Shown: positions 24,975 through 38,610 of the stretch, piece by piece | Layout: each line of letters begins with the position of its first letter | Numbering within the stretch: position 1 is the stretch's first letter | Translations under genes and position numbers: made by a program | DNA from: Octopus bimaculoides | Lineage: Eukaryota | Length of the DNA: 64,000 nucleotides | Direction of reading: 5' to 3' | Assembly (NCBI RefSeq): GCF_001194135.2 | Contig: NC_068995.1 | Span: forward strand, 27,980,519 to 28,044,518 | The notes under the pieces: model-generated | The model's input: the letters and a program-made list of their open reading frames with translations, nothing else | Database searches by the model: none | Told to the model about the DNA's origin: nothing

Positions 24975-26695
24975 GTAAGAGCATTTCAAAATCTATCTAA
25001 CTACCATAGCCTTATCATTCATTTTACACTACTTTTAGTGATATGTCTTTGTTTCATTTCATAGCTGAGGGATTGCCTTTGAGAATGCACTCCTTTAAAC
25101 AGTTCTTTTGCAAATGTTTAAATTTTTCAAAATATTTAATCCATATTTAAACAAAAAAAGCATCCTATTATGTAGTATATCTTTGGTCAGTATAAAATGG
25201 TTCAAGCTAAAGTCCATGTAGAAGCTTGATAAATGGAAACTAATATGTATAATAGCTTTTTTAGCTACAATTGTACTTGAATATCCAGTTTTTATCATAT
25301 TAAGTTTCTGTGATGAACTAACAGTCCGATTTAAGTAATTATATTTGATATTGCTGTGACCTTTCAATGCTGTACCAGAATTCTTTCTGATACAAATGCT
25401 TGATAGGACCTGTCTAAATCTATACCTAATTTCTTAGAGCTGTTGAATGAGGCGAGGCTGCCATGCTCCAATTGGAGAATGTTTCTGAAGTTTCTGTTTA
25501 TAAAAGTCAGGTGTGGACGAAAAGTGGGTGATGTATAAATTATACCTAAATTAGAAAGGAGTGAAATGGGATACCTTCTACATAAGAGTGTTTATATGGA
25601 GTGCAGTGACAAAGAAAGCTATTTGTGTTTAGAAGAGAGCATAACCAAATTCTGACAACAAATTTGAGAGAACATGGGTTAGAAGATTTGATCAGTACAA
25701 GCTATGATACAGTCCCGTAAGAGACTGTTTAGCCAAGAAATAGAGAATAAATGGGGGAATTTTGGGAGAAGGTTCTTATGCTGAAATGAGTGAAGGTTTT
25801 TTTCAATGCCAAATGTTACAACATTGCTTTTATTGAATTAATCAACAGAGTACTGAGTTTGATATATATTAACAGGTTTTTGTAGATCTGCTTGTATGGG
25901 TGGTATACTGGTTTGTTACAGAGATGGAAAGGGATTCTACATAATAAAAGTGGTTGTTTATCGTTTTTTCATCACTTTTAAAGTGTTAAAAGTGAGAATA
26001 ATAATCCAGTCATTGGCAAGATCAAAAAGGTTACTCTTTTTGAGAATGGTACATGTTGTCAAATATTTAATTCTCATAGGAGAAAAGTTAAGAGTTTAGT
26101 TGATACATGCCAGCATAGTAGTGAAAGCAGGTGCACCTTAGAATTCATTGCCTTGAGCTGAAATAACTTCAGAAGTTTCTATACTTACTCATGTGTTGAC
26201 ACACTGGGGACTCAAGTATGAGATAGTGTGTGTAGTGAGAATAGAAGCAAATTTAGTGGCTTTGTCTAATATGGCTGAGGGGAAATACTTTGAAGGAGCA
26301 ACCATATAATATGGTAGTCTTGAAAAACTTCAATCAGCTGAAATTATCTAAGCAATTAGTTGATAAAACTTATTCTATTCAATTATACATACATAAACAC
26401 AAGAGAGAGAAAGAGGCAGGGAATGCAGTGACACTGATTATATGAGCAATGTGGCTAAGAGAAAATACTTCAAGCATGCATTCTGCATATTACATACTAA
26501 TACAATAGGGTTTCACATGTGCAATATGTTTTAATATAGATGTGATGCAATGATATTGTTTTGATATGAGTAGTGCTTCATTCCTTCTGTTTCTCTATAT
26601 TGATCACTTTTTAGCCTTGCCAGCTAAATGGAAAATGGTTCACTGGGAATATTTAATAAAACTGAAACATGTTTTTTGCTTTAAACTAACTATAC

Positions 26696-27089
26696 ATAGG
26701 CATGGGAGTGGCTGTGTGGTAAGTAGCTTGCTTACCAACCACATGGTTCCGGGTTCAGTCCCACTGCGTGGTACCTTGGGCAAGTGTCTTCTACTATAGC
26801 CTCGGGCCAACCAAAGCCTTGTGAGTGGATTTGGTAGACAGAAACTGAAAGAAGCCCGTCATATATATGTATATGTATTTGTGTGTCTGTGTTTGTCCCC
26901 CAACATCGCTTGACAACCGATGCTGGTGTGTTTACGTCCCCGTAACTTAGCAGTTCGGCAAAAGAGACCAATAGAAAAAGTACTAGGCTTACAAAGAATA
27001 AGTCCTGGGGTCGATTTGCTCGACTAAAGGCGGTGCTCCAGCATAGCCACAGTCAAATGACTGAAACAAGTAAAAGAGTAAAATAGAGT
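26696..27089 (+). mobile_element. tRNA-derived SINE with candidate 7-bp TSD
   Basis: Collinear with the family. ACTATAC at 26689-26695 and 27092-27098. Confidence 0.85.
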
Positions 27090-27937
27090 ATACTATACCC
27101 ATATTTCAGTCAATTGATCTTATTGAAGGTGTCTCACTTCCTTGTTTAGATTTTAAACACTCCTGGGAGGAGTTTTTTTTTGTTTTTTTTTATCTGTGAG
27201 TGTATTACTTTCAGTGATAAGAGAAGTGTGTAATAGAAGATATTAATAGAGGAATAGAAAATAAAATGCTTGACTGCAGTTTAGGAAATAAGAAAAAATT
27301 ATGAACATGAACTTAAGTCTCTCAGTTTATGATGAAATGGTTGTATGACCTTGAACAGATGCAGCTATCAAAGTCACTTCAAAACAGCTATCAAGGAATT
27401 ATTGTTAAGTAAAATAGGTCTGTCAGGTATTGAAAGTATCGAGTTATTTAGATCATATTGTTAGTTACTTGCTCAGTTAAACAACGAGTGAAACAAAGTG
27501 CTATTCCAATGATTAATGTAACTGTATCATAGTTTACTGTTGTCAATACAGCTATAGTACATGAATATGTGAGCCAGCTGGGATGTTCACAGTTGTGGAC
27601 ATGAGTTAAGAAAGTGATATAAAGAGATTAATCAAGGAAGAAGTTGAAAATGTCTAGTTATATATCAGAATACACAAATTATGTTGTGATGGCTCTGTTA
27701 TCTACTTGCAAGTAAAAATTACAGTTCTATTGTATTGTTGTTAATCCTGTTCTTTCTTCTTTAACTTGGAATTTTGGTTCTAAAATATTTGAGTAAATCT
27801 TTATATAGAATTTAACAATTCATGTGGTGTGTTGTATATTCTATAATTTTTTAAAATTTCCCACTAACATTTAAAATCTCTTCTGATTTTTCTCTATGAG
27901 AAATTATAAATAGATCTGCAATGTATTTATTTTTCAG

Positions 27938-28030
27938 TGTTTTGGCAAAGCTCGAAGTCACTACAGTTTTGTTGGAGCAGTTGTTCGTCGAATCCGTCGA
28001 TTGCTTAGACTTCATACATCAGATACTTGA
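27938..28030 (+). CDS. NUP205: NUP205 terminal coding exon: CFGKARSHYSFVGAVVRRIRRLLRLHTSDT*
   Basis: ttttcag| acceptor, phase 0, TGA at 28028-28030. Matches the recalled human C-terminus 'LYSKVRSRYSFIQALVRRIRGLLRISRN'. Confidence 0.93.
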   Translation, partial: CFGKARSHYSFVGAVVRRIRRLLRLHTSDT

Positions 28031-28061
28031 TATTTTTATACCAGTGAATATAATATTTGTG

Positions 28062-28067
28062 AATAAA
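28062..28067 (+). terminator. Candidate polyadenylation signal of NUP205
   Basis: AATAAA 31 nt after the stop codon, followed by T-rich sequence. Confidence 0.5.
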
Positions 28068-28853
28068 GATGATGCAGTATATTGAGTCTTTTCTATGATG
28101 GTCTTTTGCTTTATTTTTTTTTCTCTAAAATGAGGTAATGTCTACCACATATTTAGGCCCTCCAAATGCCATACTTTGCTGTGGCCCTCACTTGAGCCTT
28201 GTATCAGCAACTGTTGAATTAAATATTTTCTAATCCTGAAGGGAAAAAACTTGGCATTTGAGGTGTCCACGAGGGCTCTGGTTGAGTGCCACTTATGTTG
28301 AGGTGAAGGGTTGTGATGCAATGATATTGTTTTGATATGAGTAGTGCTTCATCTTTTTTATCGTTAAAAGAAAGATGATTAGCATAATATCATTGGAGGA
28401 CGCTCTCAAATTTTCCAATTCTCTTTTTAAGGAATCAATGCAGGTTTGGCATGTGGTATCTATGTTGCTTGTGGATGATGCATGACCATGTTAACAATAT
28501 AAACACAAGCACAGACACAGACAAATATACGCAAATGTATGAGTAATGGGGTATTACACACTTCTTGTTTATGAATACCACTAACAAGCTCTTGGTCAAC
28601 TTTAGGCTATTGTAGTGAAATTGGACCCCAAAACCATGTGGTTGCAATTGAGGCTCTATATGGTACTGGTTGTAGCATTTGATTAAAAGGTGGAGATTAA
28701 GATGTATAGCATAGAAGACAACTAGAACTTCCTGCAACACAAACAACTGAGTGATGCAAGCCAAATCTGTGGCTGAAGCATGCATTGAACAAATGATAGT
28801 GATTGAGGCTGGATTCTTTTTGTGCATTTATTCGTATGTATATATGGTGCATA

Positions 28854-29377
28854 TCTTTGTATATATAAAATCATTTCTTTCTGTCTGTCTGTCTGTCTGT
28901 CTGTGCGCTTATAACTCGAGTATTGTTCATCCGATTGTGCTGAAATTTTAAACATAGATACACGAGAGAGTGGGGCATTCCGTAATCTAAAAAGATTTTC
29001 AAAATTGTTTTAAAGTGAGAATCGCTATTTTTGTAATCTTTTTGTCCTGTTTGTTCTGCCATTATGAGTAACGTGTTTCCTCAGACAGCTATTTCATGAG
29101 ATTTCTGAGTCTGAAACTAAACCGGAAATAGTTAACAACAATTTTACTGAAAACAGCTTTCACTATATGTCATAATGTGTGCTTGAAAATGTTAAGAACT
29201 GAAAGCGCTTGCACATCTATAAAAGCAAAAGCTACACACATTTTGTGAAATCTCTTCCCAAAGGTTAGTGCCTTTTGACTTTCTGAAAAGGTTCTTTTCT
29301 CAATCTTAACTCTTTGAGAAAAAAATCTTCTCTCCAAATATTATAACTGTATCATAAAATTTCTAAAACACTCCAAA
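28854..29377 (+). mobile_element. Helitron-like 5' fragment
   Basis: A|TC-tttgtatatataaaa start, (ctgt)n tract, then 'catccgattgtgctgaaatttt', the usual 5' layout of non-autonomous Helitrons. Ends at a mariner TIR. Confidence 0.6.
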
Positions 29378-30651
29378 TCAGGTCCCATAAGTTCTGTCTG
29401 AATTTTGAATAAAAAAAACAAGTGATCAAATGTTATATTTAATTGAAATTTAATCATCAATGTACTTTCCCTGATTATCTATGACTTCCTTCCGTCTATT
29501 TACAAGCTTTTGAATCCCATCAATGTAAAACTCTTTTGGTTTCAAACCAAAGAACTCTGAAATGTCAGTTTCGATCTCCTCCTGGCTTGCGAAAGTTATG
29601 TCTCCCAAATGATTCTATAAACTATGAAACAAATGGTAGTCTGAAGGAGCAAGGTCAGGAGAATAGGGTGGATGAGGAATTTTTTCCCAACCAAGCTCTT
29701 CGATCTTCTGTGATGTGATCTTTGCAGTGTGGGGTCGCGCATTGTCCTGATGAAACATCACTCCTTTTCGATTCACTAAAGCGGGTCTTTTTTGCTTCAA
29801 ATTTTGGTTCAAATGCTCTAATTGCTGACAGTAGACTTCAGCATTGATTAGGTGGTAATGATTCAAAGTGAATTACTCCTTTGCAATCCCACCAGATAGA
29901 GAGAAGAACCTTTTTCCCATAAAGTTCCCTTCTCGGTTGTGATTGAGCCTTTTCCCTTTTACCAAGCCACTGTTTACGACATTTAACATTTTGATATAAG
30001 GTCCAGTTTTCGTCACCAGTCACAAGTCTATCCAAAAAGGGTGAAATGATTTCGCAAGAATGGAGAGAAGAGCAGATGTCAAATTGGGATTTGCGGTTGC
30101 TTTTGGACAATTCATGAGGCACCCATTTTCCAAGTTTAGGAACCTTTCCAACTTGTTGAAGATGACGATGAACATTTGTATGGTTTGAACTAAGCTTAAT
30201 TGCCAATTCTTCAACTGGGAATACAGGATTTTCTTCATGTGATGCCTCAAGGAGCTTCAAACTCAACTAGACGTCCTGTTCGATCTTCATCTTCAAGGCT
30301 GAAATCTCAACTTCTGAATTTTGCAAACCATCTTCTGCAAATTCTTTCATTCAAGCATTCTTTCCCATAAATTGAGTGTATGTTTCAAGTCACTTTGGCT
30401 GCAGAGTTACCTTTTTTTTATACTCATAAAGCATTATGTGCCTCAAATGCTCTTTGGATACTTCCATGTTAGAAAGAGTTTTAATCAAAGAAATTTTAAT
30501 TCTATTATTCTGTAAAATAATATTTAATTAGTTTAAATGTACACAAATGCATAAAAATAGTTTTTAATTCCATTAGACATTCTAAAATACTATTAAATTG
30601 CATTCAATTTTAAAGAAAGTAAAATCAGACAGAACTTATGGGATGACCTGA
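29378..30651 (-). mobile_element. Full-length decayed mariner (DD34D type), 1274 bp
   Basis: TIRs tcaggtc(at)cccataagttctgtctg. Transposase 'LGKWVPHELS', 'FLDRLVTGDENW', 'FHQDNARPH', 'HPPYSPDLAPSDYHLF'. Confidence 0.92.
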
Positions 30652-30653
30652 TA

Positions 30654-32308
30654 TCATCATCATCATCATCATCATCATCGTTTAATGTCCACCTTCCATG
30701 CTAGCATGGGTTGGACGATTTGACTGAGGACTGGTGAACCAGATGGCTGCACCAGGCTCCAATCTGATCTGGCAGAGTTTCTACAGCTNNNNNNNNNNNN
30801 NNNNNNNNNNNNNNNNNNNNNNNNNNNNNNNNNNNNNNNNNNNNNNNNNNNNNNNNNNNNNNNNNNNNNNNNNNNNNNNNNNNNNNNNNNNNNNNNNNNN
30901 NNNNNNNNNNNNNNNNNNNNNNNNNNNNNNNNNNNNNNNNNNNNNNNNNNNNNNNNNNNNNNNNNNNNNNNNNNNNNNNNNNNNNNNNNNNNNNNNNNNN
31001 NNNNNNNNNNNNNNNNNNNNNNNNNNNNNNNNNNNNNNNNNNNNNNNNNNNNNNNNNNNNNNNNNNNNNNNNNNNNNNNNNNNNNNNNNNNNNNNNNNNN
31101 NNNNNNNNNNNNNNNNNNNNNNNNNNNNNNNNNNNNNNNNNNNNNNNNNNNNNNNNNNNNNNNNNNNNNNNNNNNNNNNNNNNNNNNNNNNNNNNNNNNN
31201 NNNNNNNNNNNNNNNNNNNNNNNNNNNNNNNNNNNNNNNNNNNNNNNNNNNNNNNNNNNNNNNNNNNNNNNNNNNNNNNNNNNNNNNNNNNNNNNNNNNN
31301 NNNNNNNNNNNNNNNNNNNNNNNNNNNNNNNNNNNNNNNNNNNNNNNNNNNNNNNNNNNNNNNNNNNNNNNNNNNNNNNNNNNNNNNNNNNNNNNNNNNN
31401 NNNNNNNNNNNNNNNNNNNNNNNNNNNNNNNNNNNNNNNNNNNNNNNNNNNNNNNNNNNNNNNNNNNNNNNNNNNNNNNNNNNNNNNNNNNNNNNNNNNN
31501 NNNNNNNNNNNNNNNNNNNNNNNNNNNNNNNNNNNNNNNNNNNNNNNNNNNNNNNNNNNNNNNNNNNNNNNNNNNNNNNNNNNNNNNNNNNNNNNNNNNN
31601 NNNNNNNNNNNNNNNNNNNNNNNNNNNNNNNNNNNNNNNNNNNNNNNNNNNNNNNNNNNNNNNNNNNNNNNNNNNNNNNNNNNNNNNNNNNNNNNNNNNN
31701 NNNNNNNNNNNNNNNNNNNNNNNNNNNNNNNNNNNNNNNNNNNNNNNNNNNNNCACATACAAATACTTTCTTCCTAGTTAGCCTTCCTTTGATATTGCTG
31801 CACCTCTTATGTGTCCATAGCTTGCACTGGGTGCATCTTATAGAGTTTCTACCTACGCCTTTTCTACAGATCGGGCAGGGCCATCTACCTGAAGGGGTTT
31901 GTGTTTTGTCTACTTTCCTACTTATTAGGACTTTGGTTTTAGCTAGTGACTCTGCAATTAGAGCAAGGTCATCAGCATAGAGGAGCTCCCAGGGGCATCC
32001 TGTCTTGAATTCCTGTGTTATTGCCTGAAGGACTATGATAAATAGGAGGGGGCTGAGGACTGAACCTTGGTGGATCCCCACCTCTACCCGGAATTCTTCA
32101 CTGTACTCGTTGCCAACCCTCACCTTACTGACAGTCCCTGTACATGGCTTGCACAGCTCTTATTAACCATTCATCTATCCCTAGTTTCCTCATTGAGCAC
32201 CAGATAAGGGAGCAGGGGACCCTGTCAAAGGCTTTCTCCATGTCAATGAAAGCCAGGTACAGAGGTTTATCTTTGGCTAGGTATTTCTCCTGCAGCTGTC
32301 TTACCAGA
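30654..32308 (-). mobile_element. 5'-truncated RTE LINE (gap 30789-31753)
   Basis: 'LYLAFIDMEKAFDRVP', 'GIHQGSVLSPLLF', 'ELLYADDLAL', PHD-like 'CPICRK..CTQC..HKRC..C' and a (cat)n tail. Confidence 0.92.
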
Positions 32309-32352
32309 AATATATATATATGCACATACATACATACATACATACATACATG

Positions 32353-32396
<44 letters not shown>

Positions 32397-32491
32397 TTCG
32401 TGTTTGATAAGTGGAGACAGGATTAGCTGGTGCGACCACGTGAGCATGTATTATATGTGGGAGAATGTTGTTGTTTTTTTCGTACATTCTC

Positions 32492-32528
<37 letters not shown>

Positions 32529-32539
32529 TTCCACATCAT

Positions 32540-34020
32540 CTGAATTTTCATCAGACTTCACTGGTGAACACAGCTCTGACAGCACAATTTTGGCAGACAC
32601 AGTGTATGGTGTTTGTTAGCTTGATCCACCAGCTGACACTGATGGAGCATTCTCTGCATTAGTTTGCTGAGTGTCTCTCCAGTAATGGCTTCTGTTTGCC
32701 CTGGTCTTTATTCTCCTTCCTGGTTGACAGATTTTTGTTATCTCAGTGATGAAGCCTGTTGGGGTTGTTGCACACTATCTTTTTGTTGTGGTTCTGGTTC
32801 ATCAGTTAGTGTCGCTGCAATGAAATCATCATCAGAGATGCTGCTGTCTTTGAATGGTCAAAGCCCACAAGCCCTGAAACCATTCACCAATTTTTCCACT
32901 GTAGCTGTTTTGTTATAAGTAACTGCAAAACTTTAAGCAATGTCAGAAACTGATCTGTTTTTCTTGATTGGCAACCATCCAGGTGTCTGCTGATATATTA
33001 TATGCACTTTTCAAGGGTATGAAGAATGATTTGTCTAAATGCTGCATCTTACGGGTGCAATTTGAATAAGCGTATTCAACAGCTGCAAAGGTTTTGTGGC
33101 TGTTCTGCTTGGGACGGTTTTGCTATGGCAGTGAAGTGCCTCATCTGTTTTAGGAAGCTTTCTTCATCAGTCCAGCCACTTTCGGTGCAATGACCAATTG
33201 CCCCAGCTGGATTGTTATTCATAAGAGCACCTACCATATGCTTCCTAGGAAATATGAACATCGGCGGTATGTAAGCTCCAGCAACATTTGTATATAAGAC
33301 ACATTCTTTCCTTTTTCCCCACTGGTCATTTTACCAACTTCCCATACCCCCTTGGTGGCAATGACATTTGCAGGCTTCTGAACATTGGATACTCCTGTCT
33401 TGTCCATGTTCCAGACTTGCATAGGACCATAGTCGTTACTGGTTAGCATGATCTTGTAGGCATCGAAAAACTTCTCAACTTGAGATTTGTTAAATCCAAC
33501 TGCTCTTGAAATGTTCATGGGTTCTGGCTTACGAATTTCAAGCTCTGGATGGCACGAGAGGAACCCACTAAGCCAATCAGCCCAGCTATTTTACTATCAA
33601 TATTAAAACGATGTTCTATACCCATCTGGGTGGCAAAATTATATGCTAGTCTACAACCATATTTAGTTAGCCCAAACAAAGCTTTTTCCATGTATTGGGA
33701 AACAAGTTCAGCTTCAAACTCATAATTAATATGAGGCTGGAATCTAGCTAGCACCTCTGTATTATGTGTCTGTGACACATGTTTGCATGTATGCGGTGTG
33801 TATTATGTGTATGTGACACATGTTTGTGTGCATGCGGTGTGTATTATGTGTGACGTGTGTGTGTATGCAGTATGTATTATAGCCCCTGGCTATTTTACTT
33901 TCATGCCCCCTTTTACCCTAATCATAAAATAGGGAGGGTACAAATGTATACTGTTGGGATAAAAAGCTGGGCGGGGAGGGCTTTTTACCCACATAGACGG
34001 TGAGCCTCTTGCCCCATGTG
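32540..34020 (-). mobile_element. Decayed pogo/Fot1-like (CENP-B HTH plus DDE_1) transposon
   Basis: 'ALFGLTK...RLAYNFA', 'NISRAVGFNKSQVEKFF', 'VWNMDKTG', 'TSGEKGKNV', 'MFIFPRK', 'SGWTDEESFL'. A short minisatellite lies at ~33765-33880. Confidence 0.8.
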
Positions 34021-34374
34021 CAGCTATTTTTCATTAGCTAAGTTCATTAAATGTCCGTAGCAACACAACAGAAATAACATCAAAAATACTTTTCAGTTAT
34101 AATGATCTTTTACACATACATAGAATTAAAATGTCTTGCTAGGGGCACAATAATTCATAACAATCTTAAACTTTACAAGAAATCAAGCAAAAAGTAAAAT
34201 TTAGCTACAAACTCACCTAAACAAGCTTTGTTCTCTCCAGAATGCATGTCAGACATGTGCACTAGCCATCCCATCAAATGATGGCAGCATACTGGTGATT
34301 AGTTCAAACATCTCCACACAAAGCAGGGTAGGCCTTTTACCCCAGGTGGGTTCTTTACCTGGTCTACTCTACTT

Positions 34375-35250
34375 AAAAGTAACTGGAAACGTTTCTGTGA
34401 CACAAGCCTGTTGTGGTTCAGGCTTTCGCCACTTGATGCGGCCCTCTGGCATCAGTGTGCCAACCAGTGTTGTCCAGTTAGGTGATACTTCCATGTGGTG
34501 TGTCTTTGTTTTGCAGTGCTTCTTCCTTGTATGTTAATTTTTGTGATGACTGCAACAAAGGGACAGCATGCTTCTGTGAAATTCCGTTTTCTGCTGAGGA
34601 AAATGGCTGCCCAAACAGTTGTCATGCTTCAAACAGCTTACAAGGATGCTACCATGAGTAAAACACAAATTTGTGAGTCGTTTTCACATTTTAGGTATGA
34701 CCACTTGTTGCTTGAGGACCAACCTTGTTCAGGCGATCGGTGACCTTCCAAATGAATGAAAACATCATGAAAATTCATGAACTGATCATGGAGGACTGTC
34801 ACTGAACAGTTGATGAACTTGTTGATATGACTGGTTTGTCCTGAAACTCTTGCCAGTGAATTATGAGTGAGGAATTGCAAATGAAAAGAGTCGAAGCAAA
34901 ATTTGTGCCTCGCTTGTTCACAGATCAAAAGCAGTTACAACTGAATGCGTGTTGTGAACTGAAAGAACAGTTGGAAGTTGATCAAGACCTTTTTCCAAGG
35001 TCATCACTGGTGACAAAAGCTGGAGCTACAGAATTTGCAGATGTGGAAAAGGGGGAGAAAAAATGATGGAGGTGTTAAAAGGCATCACTTCGCAGAAGTT
35101 TCAGCACTGCTTCTAACAGTAAAAAACGCATCTAGACCAATGCATTGCTTTAAATGGAGAATAGTTTGAAGGAGATAAAACTGTAAATATGTAAAACTAA
35201 GTGAATAAAATAATATTGGAAAATTCCAGTTTATTTTGGGGACCCCCTCG
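34375..35250 (+). mobile_element. Internally deleted mariner of the same family as 13357-14660
   Basis: Right TIR ttttggggaccccctcg, plus 'QHASVKFRFLLRKMAAQTVVMLQTAYKDATMSKTQ' and 'MKRVEAKFVPRL'. Confidence 0.85.
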
Positions 35251-35254
35251 TGTG

Positions 35255-38200
35255 TGAAGAAATCAAAGCAGTGTAGGTTATTTGGCCATCAAACACGAAA
35301 CAAATCATCCCAGAAGTCAAGCCACAGTGCATTTATAAATGCTTCAACTAAAACTTCTTCGAAGTCCTTAGGTCAAGATGCCTTTTCACTAGTTGAAGTA
35401 ATGAATAAACCAAAAGTTTCGTCAGCTGCAAATGAGAAGGCCAGTTACAAAACTTTGAAAGAGAAAGTATGCAAGGTGCTCCATAAACTGAAGGGAGCCA
35501 ACCCAAGACAAGCTGAATATGCTTGCAAGCACAATCTTCGAGATTGGTGTGGAGTCTTTGGTGCAAAGGAAGATGGTATGAAGAAACTAGCTGCTACGCC
35601 CAGCGAAAGTAGGTGGGCAAGAAAGATGAAACAGTTAAAAAGAGAGAAGGTTTTACAGAAGCAGTGGAAACAGGCTAGACCAGAGAAGGAAAATTTGTTA
35701 GTCCTGTATGAACATCAGAAGAAGAAGTCTTGTAACATGCACAGAAATATCAGACATACTGAAGGAAGAAAGGAGTGTAAGCAGATGAGAGAGCAGCTCC
35801 TCAGGAACCCTTATGAGGTTACTAGGTAGCTGTTTGCTGAAGCTAAAAGTGGCAGGCTAAAATGAAATGGATATGCATGTACAGGAGACCTACAGTGACC
35901 CAAAGTCAGATCAGCCATACCCACTCATAAAAGGTTTGAAACGTTTAACGAAATCAGGAATCAAATTTCAGCAGGAAAAGAGCAAACAACTTCAGGAAGA
36001 AGGCAAGAACAAAGAGTGCACTATGAGGTGATGGAGTACCATACAACACATACAAATATTGTACTCAATTGTGCTATATAAGATTTATCTACTACATAGA
36101 GAGTTGTGGCATAAAGGCAAACTTAACAAAGGAAGCTGAAATAGAACTGATTGGCCAGTTCAGACCAATTTCGATCTTGAATGTAGTTGGTGAGATCTAC
36201 ATTGGTTCCTGAGAGAACAGCTACACACCTACAAGATAATGGCTATGTGACTGAAAGTGTTCAGAAAGTTGGAATCCCCAGGGTATGTGGAACATACATC
36301 TTCAATCTGGGATGCGATATAAGATGCAAAAACTTGAACATTGTATGGCTGGATCTCGCTAACGCTTATGGTTCTGTACCTCAAAAATTGTTGATGGAAG
36401 CAATGAACTTCTTTTATGTACTGGAAAAGATTAAGGTTCTGATGAGGGATTACTATAACAACTTCAAAATGTGACTCCTGACAAAATTTCACAATGGACT
36501 GACAATGTCTAGAAATTGGAATTGCTATAGGTTGTACTATATCAGTCATCTAGTTTGTGCTTATTATAGAGATACTACTTAGACCAGGAGACTGCTCAGA
36601 AGAAAAGGCTAAAGTGAAATCACTCAAGAAGGCATTCATTGTCAACATAACAATGGTAATAAGATACCAAAAGATAATGCAAATAGTTCTGGATAAATTA
36701 ATCACTTGATCAAGAATGTGAATTAAGGCAAATAAGTCATGCAGTCTGACTTTTGTCAAAGGTTGACAGAAACAAGTGAAATAGCAGGAGAAACCATGGC
36801 AACAAACCTGTAAAAAGCTTAGGATGTCTGATAAGAGGAGCTAACTCGTCAGATAAGAGTAGCAGTGTTGAGATCATGGCACAAACTGACAATGAGTCGA
36901 AAGCCATAGACAGGTCAAAGCTGCCAGGCAAGTACAAGATCTGGTGCTTGCAGTTTGGCCTATATCCCCATATTTCTTGACGCCTGCTCATATATGAAGT
37001 AGCCCTATTGAAAGTAAAAACCATTGAGCAGAAGTGCAGTGTTTACATCAGGAGATGGCTTGATCTACTTCGAACAATTAACAGTTGAGCATTATATTTG
37101 AAAAAAAGGATCTCTTCACTTACTTATAACATCAATTGTTGAGATCTATAAAGCTGGAAAGGTGTGAACAGTCATGATGCTGAGGGAGTCTGTGACAGAA
37201 ATACGGAGCAATCTGCCAGATATCAAAACTCCATAAAATGGCATGCAGAGAAAGAAACTGGTGACATCATAACATCAAGATACAGTGGGAGCAATTCAAA
37301 GTGACTGGAGGGGGATTGGTTGCAATCCATTTGAACCATTTTCAATGATGGCCCAGAGGGAGCATAGAGCTGCCATCTGTGGCTGTGTTAAAGCCAGAGA
37401 AGCAGAGAAAAGGGAACTGCATTTGATTCAATACCTTCATGAAGGTCAGATGACAAAGTGGGAACAAAAGTTTATTGAAAGGAAGGTAAGTTAGGATGAG
37501 ATCTGGTGGTGGAACACATCACGGTTAAGTTTCCTTCTTTAAGCCACCTGTGATGTACTGCCATCCCCACACAATCTGCTGAGACAGAAAATAGTGAATG
37601 GCAACAAATGTAGATGCAAAAAGTTAGCAGCTAAAGTATATTCTAATCTAACTGCTCAATGATATTTGAAAAGTAAACATGGAGACACATTGAGGTTCTC
37701 AGAATTCTCTGTAGTGCCACCAAGAAGCAGTTGAAAGCAATCAATAGTGAAAAGAAACTGTAGAAGGATGGCAGCAAACAATTTATATCGTCTGTCTGTC
37801 AAGGTCAAGGTGGTTACCCAAAACAGAAGAAAGTGTGAATAATGATAACTGGAACGGAGTTTGGAAGATAGCAGATCTTGTAGGATCTTTCCAATACCAA
37901 CAAGGAAGAAGCCAGATATGGCAATATGGTGTGAGAAACGTAAGATAAAACAGCTTGTTGAATTAACTGCTCAACATGAAGACAATTTGGCTGCAACCCA
38001 GGTTAGGAAAACAAACATTATGAGATGCAACTAAAAGACTATAGATGCTGATTGGTGTGCAGTAGATTTTCCTGTAGGAGTTTGATGTCGGGTTCTTTTA
38101 CTGGGACCAGATGGAGATGGTGGCTGCTATCAATTGATGTCCAACACTGACAAGCAAACACCATCTTGAAGAAGATCCAGGCAAAAGTTGAGAGGGCCAG

Positions 38201-38420
38201 CCATTGGATATGGCTGAAAAGGAATAATGAAACCTGGAGATGTGGTGATTCTGAAATGGACTTGTGGTCAAATACTAATCAGTTGAAACAGTAAATAGGG
38301 CCTCACATCACTGAGGGGGTCCAGTGTGCAATAAAGCTGTTGAAAGGAAAGCCTTCAAATGGTGAGCATTCTCTCCTGATGACCCCTGAAACCTACTGGC
38401 ATCTGATATGCAGAGTTTTT
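35255..38420 (+). mobile_element. Decayed RLE-type non-LTR retrotransposon, HERO-like
   Basis: 'FRPISILNVVG', 'IVWLDLANAYGSVP', 'SKLPGKYKIWCLQFGLYP', 'GQMTKWEQ', 'ATCDVLPSPHNL', and 'RKKPDMAIW...LVELT' (PD..D/E nuclease). Clade assigned from motif recall. Confidence 0.75.
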
Positions 38421-38520
38421 GACTGACTGCACTTGCACTAGCAAGCTGTTTTCAAGTCACTCTCACTCTCTATATGTATATATTTATATATTTATATGCA
38501 GTTAAGTCTATGTCCAGTCA

Positions 38521-38585
38521 TAGAGTGACCAATGGTTTTCCATCCATAAAGTGCTCGACTTTTATGGATGACTCATCAAACTCTA
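38521..38585 (-). ncRNA. Hammerhead-like fold, degenerate (left arm of an inverted pair)
   Basis: Stem I tagagt/actcta (6/6), TTGATGA, stem II catccataaa/tttatggatg, AAAA instead of GAAA, accattggt, GUC site. Confidence 0.65.
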
Positions 38586-38610
38586 ATGAAAGGCATATGT
38601 TCTTCACCAT

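Noticed and set aside
28155-28295. Inverted repeat downstream of the NUP205 stop as a regulatory hairpin
   Set aside because: The end resembles a hAT MITE terminus (cagtggttctcaacc-like), so it is probably a decayed TE.
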